Assembly (NCBI GenBank): GCA_902489295.1
Contig: CABTZM010000001.1
Location: 1 to 32,523, forward strand
Source of the DNA: an uncultured Collinsella sp.
Lineage (GTDB): Bacteria > Actinomycetota > Coriobacteriia > Coriobacteriales > Coriobacteriaceae
DNA length: 32,523 bases
Direction of reading: 5' to 3'
The first letter of the stretch is position 1; each line of letters begins with the position of its first letter. The position numbers were made by a program, and so were the translations under genes. Below are positions 9,268 through 16,958 of the stretch, in pieces. The notes below the pieces were generated by a model, which was not told the origin of the DNA, made no database searches, and worked only from the letters and a program-made list of their open reading frames with translations.

Positions 9268-9591
9268 GTGACCATCTCCGTTCCTGCGTTTTAAACCGGG
9301 ACAAGTATACCCGTCAACATATATCGACTCAGTCGCATTTTCATCGAACATCGCATTGTCGCGCTACCGCTTGGCGAATAGTAGCCGCCAACAGCATGGA
9401 CACCCGTATATAATTGCGTACTGTTGTTTACACTACTCAGCAGTTATCAACAGCGAACATTAGCCGGCAAAGTAACTCAACAACGCAGCAAGGCGGGGGC
9501 CTGGATACACGCAAGGCGCGGAGCAACGACGCGCGTACACTACGAGCTCGCCCGACGCCATCCGCCCCGACCCCAGAAAGCCGCTTACAAC

Positions 9592-12309
9592 ATGGACACC
9601 GTCAGCAATTACACCGAAACGCTCGAAAAGACCGTCCGTGACCTTCTCGAGCGTCAGGATGATCTGATTAGGACGGCCTTTACCGACCAGCTCACCGGAC
9701 TTGGCAACCGCGGCGGCTTTGCCCGTTCCCTAGAGGAAATCTGGGAGCAGGAACTGCCCGTGACCATGGCGTTTATCGACATCGATAACCTTAAGCACTG
9801 CAACGACGTCTTTGGGCATGACGAGGGCAACCGCTATATCTTGCAGGTAAGTCTCTATCTCAAGCTGTATATGAAGGTGGACGAGGCGGCGTTTCGCATA
9901 GGCGGCGACGAGTTTGCCATCCTGTCTACGATTGCGACCGAGGACGACCTCGCCGAGCGCCTGGAACACTGCCGAACGGTCCTACTCAAAAACAACGATT
10001 CCGAGATGCCTCACTCGTTTAGCTACGGAGTGTCGCACGCCGACCCCGCCCTGGGTGAAGTCTCCAATCGCATGACACTCGATGCCGACCATCGCATGTA
10101 CGACTACAAGCTACGCCATGCCATGCATCTTGATCGACGCAATATCGCGCAAGTCCACACCGACGACTTCGAAATAAGCGATCGCGTTTTTGACGCCTTT
10201 TCGATGCTCAACGAAGGCCGTTATTGCTTTATCGAGAACTTGGACAAACATCGCACCCTTTGGTCACAAGGCGCCTCGCGCGATCTCGGTCTTCCTTCTG
10301 AGCATGTAGACAACTGCCACGATTACTGGAAAACGCGCGTCCACCCCGATGACCTTGAGGCCTACATCAACGACATCGACCAAATCTATAATGGCTCTAA
10401 ACACCGCCGCGTCATGCAGTACCGCATGCGCAATGCCGCGGGCGACTACGTCCTCTGCCGCGCTCGCGGGTTTCGCATCGACGGCGACGGAAATACCCCC
10501 TCGCTCTATGTCGGCGAACTTGTTAACCACTCACTCGCCGAGACCGTCGACGCCGCCACGGGCCTCGGAACGCAGCGTATGCTGATCAACGCTATCGATG
10601 CCTGCCGTCGCGACCGTTGCGAGACGGGGCTTATAGCGGTCCGCGTTTGTGGCACGGCAAAGTTCAACGAGCTCTACGGGGCCGAGGCTGTCGACAACAT
10701 GCTCGCCGAATACGCAGGCCGCATGTTATCGATCACCCGCGGCAGAAGTCGCGTCTTCCGCTCGCGAAACGCCCAGTTCGTCGTGCTCAGCAACGATCTG
10801 GACCACGAGGCATTCGAGCAACTGACCCATCATCTTAAAGAGGCCGTTTTCGCTCCTGTTCGAATCGCGAACGACACCATTACCCCCGTCTGTCTTGTCG
10901 TCCCGGCCTTTTACGAGCGCTTAATCAATCAAGCGACCGCTGTTTTAGGCGAACTCGACCGTCGTCTTCGCGCCGCCGGCGGGCTTGCCCCCAACGACAG
11001 CCTCCCCATACCCGAGATTGAGCGTAAAAGCGCCGTCGCCGAACGCATCGATACGCTCACGGGCCTCTATCGACCCAGCGAGTTTATGCGGCGTGCCAAC
11101 GCATTTCTGAGGACAGGGCGCGACGGCGCTTGGTGTATCGCCACCGTCGACATGGGTCATATGCGACTGTTTAACGAATGGCACGGACAGGCCGAGGGCG
11201 ACCGCGTGCTCGCCGATGTGGGTACGGTCCTCAAAGACATCGAGAATGCCGAGATGGGCGTCGCAGGATACTGGGGCCAAGACGACTTTTGCATTCTCAT
11301 CCCCTTTGAGCACGACACCGTCCATCAAATCTATAACCGCGTTCGCGCCGCCGTGGCCAAGCATGATGACGGTGTGGGTTTCTGGCCGTCCATGGGCGTT
11401 TGCCCCATCGACCCCAACGAGGAAATCACCATCGACGCGCAGGCCAAGGCCATGTTTACCAATCGGCGCGCAAAAAACGACTTTAAGGAGCGCGTCGCCA
11501 TTTTCCGCCCCGAGGAGTACGAGCGCGAAACCGCGTTCCACCGCACGCTGACCGAATTCCAGTATGCGTTCTCAAACGGCCGCATTACCTACTACCTGCA
11601 GCCCCAGGTCGACATGGAAACTGGCGAGATCGTTGGCGCCGAGGCGCTCACGCGCTGGATTGGCAAGGACGGTTCCCTCATTTCGCCTGTAACGTTTATC
11701 CCCGCACTCGAGGAAAGCGGCTTTGTAGTGACGCTCGACAAGTACATTTGGCAGGGCGTCGCCTCGTGGCTGCGCGAGCGCATCGACCGGGGGCTTCGCG
11801 TGGTTCCGATCTCGCTCAATGTGTCGCGCGTGGATATCCTTGCCTGCGACGTTGCCGAAGATATGGGAGCACTTGCCGCCCAATACAACCTACCGCCCGA
11901 ACTCATGCGCATCGAGATCACCGAGACAGCCTATACGGGAGAATCCGAGGCCGTGGACAAACTGACAGCCGACCTGCACACCCGTGGCTTCTCGACCTAT
12001 ATGGACGATTTTGGCACCGGCCAGTCCACGCTCGCGATGCTCAAGAACGTCAACGTCGACGTCATCAAGCTCGACCGCACGTTTGTGCCCGTCGACGGCG
12101 ATCATGGCCGCAGCACGCAAATCATTTCATCAATGCTCGAGATGGCGCAGTCGCTCCATCTGCCCGTCGTGGTCGAAGGCGTCGAGACAAATGAGCAGGC
12201 GAACATGCTGCGACAGATGGGCGCCCGCTACGCTCAGGGCTTCCTCTACTACCGCCCCATGCCGGCGAAGGATTTTGAGGCATTGCTCGATGGTGGCAAT
12301 AACAACTGA
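9592..12309 (+). CDS. GGDEF-PAS-degenerate GGDEF x2-EAL protein (c-di-GMP cyclase/phosphodiesterase)
   Basis: DQLTGLGNR..FRIGGDEF; PAS-like VHPDD..YRMRN; degenerate RNAQF and GQDDF sites; EAL motifs AEAL, DDFGTG, EGVE and QGF. Start chosen at ATG 9592. Confidence 0.9.
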   Translation: MDTVSNYTETLEKTVRDLLERQDDLIRTAFTDQLTGLGNRGGFARSLEEIWEQELPVTMAFIDIDNLKHCNDVFGHDEGNRYILQVSLYLKLYMKVDEAAFRIGGDEFAILSTIATEDDLAERLEHCRTVLLKNNDSEMPHSFSYGVSHADPALGEVSNRMTLDADHRMYDYKLRHAMHLDRRNIAQVHTDDFEISDRVFDAFSMLNEGRYCFIENLDKHRTLWSQGASRDLGLPSEHVDNCHDYWKTRVHPDDLEAYINDIDQIYNGSKHRRVMQYRMRNAAGDYVLCRARGFRIDGDGNTPSLYVGELVNHSLAETVDAATGLGTQRMLINAIDACRRDRCETGLIAVRVCGTAKFNELYGAEAVDNMLAEYAGRMLSITRGRSRVFRSRNAQFVVLSNDLDHEAFEQLTHHLKEAVFAPVRIANDTITPVCLVVPAFYERLINQATAVLGELDRRLRAAGGLAPNDSLPIPEIERKSAVAERIDTLTGLYRPSEFMRRANAFLRTGRDGAWCIATVDMGHMRLFNEWHGQAEGDRVLADVGTVLKDIENAEMGVAGYWGQDDFCILIPFEHDTVHQIYNRVRAAVAKHDDGVGFWPSMGVCPIDPNEEITIDAQAKAMFTNRRAKNDFKERVAIFRPEEYERETAFHRTLTEFQYAFSNGRITYYLQPQVDMETGEIVGAEALTRWIGKDGSLISPVTFIPALEESGFVVTLDKYIWQGVASWLRERIDRGLRVVPISLNVSRVDILACDVAEDMGALAAQYNLPPELMRIEITETAYTGESEAVDKLTADLHTRGFSTYMDDFGTGQSTLAMLKNVNVDVIKLDRTFVPVDGDHGRSTQIISSMLEMAQSLHLPVVVEGVETNEQANMLRQMGARYAQGFLYYRPMPAKDFEALLDGGNNN

Positions 12310-12436
12310 TACGCTCGCGCGCAAAACGCCACCGCCGAAGGGGACATTTGTCTCCATTAGCTAACTTATATCCCCAATTCAAACCGATTTGGGGATATGA
12401 TACAAACCATTGTTCTGCCCAAGGAGGTTATTCATC

Positions 12437-13966
12437 ATGAACGAGTCATATCGCTTGGGCGAGCAATCGATTATTGCCTATCTTCAGCGACTTGCGAATG
12501 GTGTCTCGACCGCCGAACTCGATGTTTCCGCGCTGCCTGCTGAGCTACGCGCCGTTGGTGAGCAACTGCAAAAGACGCATGCCATCCTGCAACAAGAGCG
12601 CCAGCTGCTTGAGTGCAACGCCTATATCGATCCGCTCACCAACTTGGGCAACCGCGGCGGACTCGACCGTCACGTCGAGCAGCTCTGGCGCAAAGGCGAC
12701 CCCTTCACCTGCGCCTATATTGACATCGACCACCTTAAGCACTGCAACGATAAGTTTGGCCACGCCGAAGGCAACCGCTATATTCTGGGCATCTGCCGCG
12801 CGCTCACCGAGGCAATGGAGCACGATGAAATGCTGTTCCGTATCGGTGGAGATGAATTTGTACTCGTGTCCCCCACGACAGGCGAAGCCGAGCTCGAGCA
12901 GCGCTTGGAGCGGACACGCACCGATCTTGTCGAGGCAACATCAGACGGCAAGGCGCCCATGATCGCTAGCTTTAGCTTTGGCTGCTCGCGCGTCGATCCA
13001 CTTGCCGGCGACACGCGTCGCCAGATGACGATGGATGCCGATCGCAAGATGTATCGCTATAAGCTTATGCATCGTGTGCAGCAACCGAAAGACCATGACG
13101 CGCCGCCACACCCAATTGCCGAGCAGCTTCCGTGCAACGACCGCGTATTCCAAGCGATCTCTATGAGCTCCGAGACGCGCTATCCGTTTATCCTCAATCT
13201 CGATACGGGCGAATCACAATGGTCGGTTAATGCCGTACGCGATTTTGACCTGCCCTCCCAGCATCCCTACAACTCACTCGACTTGTGGCTTGCCCGCGTT
13301 CACCCCGAGGACCGCGACAACGTACGCGCCGAGCTCGACATGGTGATAAACGGTACGTGGCACTTCCACTACATGCAGTATCGCGTGATGGATGCCACCG
13401 AAGCATACGTGCTTTGCGACTGCACGGGCTACCGCTTGGACGGCACCGATACCGAGCCCAACATGTACGTGGGCATGATTATCAACCGCAGCTTGGCAGA
13501 TACGACCGATTCCGTGACCGGCCTGGGCGACATCCACGCCCTGGTCAACGCCATTGGCGAAATGCGTCGCGTCGCGCGCAAGGCGGGCTTGGTCGCCATT
13601 AAAATCGACGATATCGCTCAGGTCAATGCCCGCTTTGGCTTTGATGCGGGCGACCGCGTTTTGGCGGAGAGCGCCGCCCGCCTCATGGATTGTTCGCGCG
13701 GTAAGGGTCGTCTGTTCCGCTCGACCGGACCGATGTTCGTGGCGCTTTTCGACGAATTCGATCCCGAAGAGACCGACGCGATCGCAAAGGAAATCGAGCG
13801 GTTCCTGGGCTCTCCCGTGCTCTTTGGCTCGTTTGAATATCAGCCGCCCCTTCGCGTGGCCACGCTTCATCTGGATACCGTCGACCGACAGCCCGTTTCC
13901 ATTTTGAACGAGCTCAAAGTGTTGCTCGGGAAAGCCGTGCAGGTGCCAGGTACCAAACTGGATTAG
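12437..13966 (+). CDS. GGDEF-PAS-degenerate GGDEF diguanylate cyclase
   Basis: DPLTNLGNR..FRIGGDEF, PAS-like VHPEDR and degenerate TGPMF site. AAGGAGG RBS. Confidence 0.88.
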   Translation: MNESYRLGEQSIIAYLQRLANGVSTAELDVSALPAELRAVGEQLQKTHAILQQERQLLECNAYIDPLTNLGNRGGLDRHVEQLWRKGDPFTCAYIDIDHLKHCNDKFGHAEGNRYILGICRALTEAMEHDEMLFRIGGDEFVLVSPTTGEAELEQRLERTRTDLVEATSDGKAPMIASFSFGCSRVDPLAGDTRRQMTMDADRKMYRYKLMHRVQQPKDHDAPPHPIAEQLPCNDRVFQAISMSSETRYPFILNLDTGESQWSVNAVRDFDLPSQHPYNSLDLWLARVHPEDRDNVRAELDMVINGTWHFHYMQYRVMDATEAYVLCDCTGYRLDGTDTEPNMYVGMIINRSLADTTDSVTGLGDIHALVNAIGEMRRVARKAGLVAIKIDDIAQVNARFGFDAGDRVLAESAARLMDCSRGKGRLFRSTGPMFVALFDEFDPEETDAIAKEIERFLGSPVLFGSFEYQPPLRVATLHLDTVDRQPVSILNELKVLLGKAVQVPGTKLD

Positions 13967-14040
13967 CACCACGCCCGCACCGCCTCCCCCATCGTGCGAT
14001 AATCCTCTGCAGAAGTCACCAACAGCAGAGGGAGTTTGTG

Positions 14041-14664
14041 ATGAAGGTTCTTTTGGTCAATGGCAGCCCCAAGGCAAACGGCAACACCGCTCGCGCGCTC
14101 GCCGAAGTCGCCGAGCAGCTTAAAGCCGAGGGCATCGACAGCGAGGTATTCCAACTGGGCGCCAAGCCCATCCGCGACTGCATCGGCTGCGGTCAGTGCG
14201 GCAAGCTTGGCGGTCGCTGCACCTTTGACGACGACGTGGTGAACGAGCTCATCGCTGCCGCCGAGCAGGCAGATGGCTTTGTCTTTGGCTCCCCCGTCTA
14301 CTATGCGCATCCCAGCGGACGCATCCTCTCGGCTCTCGACCGCGCATTCTATGCTGGCAGCAAGGCCTTTGTGCACAAGCCGGGTGCCGCGGTCGCCGTC
14401 GCCCGTCGCGGCGGCACGTCGACCACCTTCGATGTACTCAACAAATACTTCACTATCAACCAGATGCCCGTGGTGGCCTCCACATACTGGAACAACGTCT
14501 TTGGTGCCATGCCGGGCGAGGCCGCCCAGGACGCCGAGGGCCTGGCCACCATGCGCAACATCGGCAAGAACATGGCTTGGCTCCTGCATTGTATCGAGGC
14601 AGGACAGGCTGCCGGCATCGAAGCCCCCGAAGCCGATCGCGAGCGCACCAACTTCATTCGTTAG
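14041..14664 (+). CDS. Iron-sulfur flavoprotein / NADPH-dependent FMN reductase family (flavodoxin-like)
   Basis: NGSPK..GNT, CIGCGQC-x6-C cluster motif and GSPVYY. Confidence 0.88.
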   Translation: MKVLLVNGSPKANGNTARALAEVAEQLKAEGIDSEVFQLGAKPIRDCIGCGQCGKLGGRCTFDDDVVNELIAAAEQADGFVFGSPVYYAHPSGRILSALDRAFYAGSKAFVHKPGAAVAVARRGGTSTTFDVLNKYFTINQMPVVASTYWNNVFGAMPGEAAQDAEGLATMRNIGKNMAWLLHCIEAGQAAGIEAPEADRERTNFIR

Positions 14665-14675
14665 AACGGCGGAAA

Positions 14676-15017
14676 ATGAATATCCAGATTTTTGGCACCA
14701 AGAAGTCCTTCGATACCAAGAAGGCCCAGCGCTATTTTAAGGAGCGCCGCATCAAGGTGCAGTTTATCGACCTTAAGGAAAAGGAGATGAGCAAAGGCGA
14801 GCTCACGAGCGTGATGCAGGCGGTCGGCGGCATCGACAAGCTGCTCAACCCCAAGGCCAAGGACGAGGAGACGCTCGCGCTCATCCAGCACCTCACCCCT
14901 AGCCAGCGCTTCGACAAGTTGCTCGAGAACCAGCAGGTTCTAGCCGAGCCCATCGTGCGCAACGGCAAAAAGGCCACCGTCGGTTATTGCCCCGATGTAT
15001 GGGGAGCCTGGGAGTAG
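14676..15017 (+). CDS. ArsC/Spx-like thioredoxin-fold protein
   Basis: IQIFGTKK.FDTKKA.RYFKER and EPIVRNGK.ATVG pattern; 113 aa from ATG 14676. Confidence 0.75.
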   Translation: MNIQIFGTKKSFDTKKAQRYFKERRIKVQFIDLKEKEMSKGELTSVMQAVGGIDKLLNPKAKDEETLALIQHLTPSQRFDKLLENQQVLAEPIVRNGKKATVGYCPDVWGAWE

Positions 15018-15103
15018 CCTGTGTTATTTGCCGGCGCGTGGGTATAAGAGCAGGCGTTTGGCATAAGATTCAACTGTAAGCCATGTCTAACAAAGGAGGG
15101 CAC

Positions 15104-16234
15104 ATGCCCAACAAACCCGTGAAGATCATCATGCTTACCGGATACCTCGGCGCCGGCAAGACCACACTGCTCAACCACATCCTCGCTAACGACGGCGGCA
15201 TCCGCGCCGCCGTGATCGTCAACGATATCGGCGAGATCAACGTCGACGCCAGCCTCATCGCCGACGGCGGCCTTTCCGAGACCGACGACCTCATCCCGCT
15301 CACCAACGGCTGCATCTGCTGCACGCTTTCGGACGACCTTGCCAACCAGCTGCAGGGCATCGCCGATTCGGGCAAGTTCGACTACATCATCATCGAGGCC
15401 TCGGGTATCTGCGAGCCTATCCCCATCGCCTACACCATCTCGCGCTTCTGCGACGAGGCCAAGGTGGGCGGCCAGCCCAAGCTTGCACTCGACAACATCG
15501 TGGCTGTGGTCGATTGCGCCCGCATGTACGACGAGTTCAACGGCGGCCGCGACCTGTTGGCCGAGGATATCGACGAGGACGACATCGAGAGCCTGCTCAT
15601 CCAGCAGATCGAGTTCTGCTCCACGCTGATCCTCAACAAGACCGATACCGTGAGCCCTGAGCAGATCGCCGAGCTCAAGGCTATCGTGCGCAGCCTGCAG
15701 AAGGACGCCGTGATTGTCGAGGCCCAAAACGGCGAGGTCCCCATGGAGGAGCTGCTCGACACCGACCGCTTCGACTTTATGCGCGCCTACAACTCCGCCG
15801 CCTGGATCGAGGCCATGGAGCATCCCGAGGAGCACGACGACCCCGAGGTGCTCGAGTACGACATCGAGACCTTTGTGTACTCGCGCCGCAAGCCGTTTGA
15901 CCTGCAGAAGTTCACCGATTTTGTTGAGCAGGAGTGGCCCGACGAGGTCATCCGCGTCAAGGGTCCGCTGTGGCAGACCGGCGATCCGGACATGTGCTAC
16001 ATGTTCGAGCAGGCCGGCCACCAAATGCGCCTGATGGAGAACGGTCTGTTCGTTGACTCCGCGCCCGAGGGCGAGAAGCAGAAGATCATCGACGAGAACC
16101 CCGAGATCATGCAGATTTGGGACGACGAGACGGGCGACCGCATGACGAGCCTGTGCATCATCGGCCGTCACATGGACAAGGATGCGCTCATCGCCTCCCT
16201 CGATGCCTGCCTGACCGACTGGCACCGCGCCTAG
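15104..16234 (+). CDS. COG0523/CobW family G3E GTPase (metallochaperone)
   Basis: GYLGAGKTT, GCICC metal site, IEASG, NKTD and a CobW_C-like C-terminus. AAGGAGG RBS. Confidence 0.92.
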   Translation: MPNKPVKIIMLTGYLGAGKTTLLNHILANDGGIRAAVIVNDIGEINVDASLIADGGLSETDDLIPLTNGCICCTLSDDLANQLQGIADSGKFDYIIIEASGICEPIPIAYTISRFCDEAKVGGQPKLALDNIVAVVDCARMYDEFNGGRDLLAEDIDEDDIESLLIQQIEFCSTLILNKTDTVSPEQIAELKAIVRSLQKDAVIVEAQNGEVPMEELLDTDRFDFMRAYNSAAWIEAMEHPEEHDDPEVLEYDIETFVYSRRKPFDLQKFTDFVEQEWPDEVIRVKGPLWQTGDPDMCYMFEQAGHQMRLMENGLFVDSAPEGEKQKIIDENPEIMQIWDDETGDRMTSLCIIGRHMDKDALIASLDACLTDWHRA

Positions 16235-16273
16235 ATTTATCCAAGCGGGCATTTTTCCGCCTACGTAACCGCC

Positions 16274-16308
16274 AAACCACCACGAAGGTGCCCTTCGTGG
16301 TGGTTTTT
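16274..16308 (+). terminator. Intrinsic terminator
   Basis: AAACCACCACGAAGG...CCTTCGTGGTGGTTTTT perfect stem with T tract. Confidence 0.8.
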
Positions 16309-16329
16309 CGTTCTGAGCCAAGGAGATTC

Positions 16330-16929
16330 ATGTTCAACATTGTGCTGTATGCGCCCGAGATTCCGGCCAACACGGGCAATATCGGCCGCACCTGCGTGGT
16401 TACCGGCGCCCGCCTGCATCTGGTGGAGCCGCTGGGGTTTTCGCTCGACGACAAGACGGTGCGTCGCGCCGGCCTGGGCTACTGGCAAAATTTGGACGTG
16501 ACGACCTATGCCGGCTGGGAGGATTTCCTTGCGCGCAACGGCCTCTCCCCCGCCGACGAACGCCTGCATTTGCTGACCAAAAAGGCGCGCCGCACCTATG
16601 CGCAAAGTACCTACCGCGACGGTGACTTTTTGGTCTTTGGCAGCGAGAGCTCGGGGATTCCCGAGCCACTGCTTGCCGCGGCGCCCGAGCGCTGCGAGCG
16701 CATCCCCATGTTGCGCGATTGCGACTCGCTCGAAAACGCCGACGCCTGGGAGGCCCACGAGGAGTCGCTCGGGCATACCGAGGACAGCCACGAAGCCATC
16801 CTTCGACAGGATATCTGCGGCAACTTCGTCGACCCGGACGACTACCGCATCAGCGCTCTCAACCTCTCCAACAGCGCCGCCATCGTCCTCTACGAGGCCC
16901 TGCGCCAAACAGGCTTTCCGGGAATGTGA
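16330..16929 (+). CDS. trmL: tRNA (cytidine/uridine-34 2'-O)-methyltransferase with internal insertion
   Basis: PEIPANTGNIGRTC, PLGF, RRAGL, FGSESSG, IPM...LNLSNS..YEALRQ. AAGGAG RBS. Confidence 0.9.
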   Translation: MFNIVLYAPEIPANTGNIGRTCVVTGARLHLVEPLGFSLDDKTVRRAGLGYWQNLDVTTYAGWEDFLARNGLSPADERLHLLTKKARRTYAQSTYRDGDFLVFGSESSGIPEPLLAAAPERCERIPMLRDCDSLENADAWEAHEESLGHTEDSHEAILRQDICGNFVDPDDYRISALNLSNSAAIVLYEALRQTGFPGM

Positions 16930-16956
16930 CAAAGGAACTGTCCCTTTGTCACATTC
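16922..16956. repeat. 35-bp REP-like palindrome containing the trmL stop codon
   Basis: GAATGTGACAAAGGAACTGTCCCTTTGTCACATTC; its central 31 bp match the copy at 20652-20682 at 30 of 31 positions. Confidence 0.9.
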
Positions 16957-16958
16957 GG

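Noticed and set aside
9440..9560. Possible c-di-GMP-I riboswitch upstream of the GGDEF/EAL gene (GGCAAA...ACGCAAGGC)
   Set aside because: No GNRA-capped stem after GGCAAA and no tetraloop-receptor stem could be paired; the motifs look coincidental.
9395..9600. CATGGACACC repeated at 9395 and at the GGDEF gene start (9591)
   Set aside because: Only about 10 bp with no further similarity or element between; compatible with chance.
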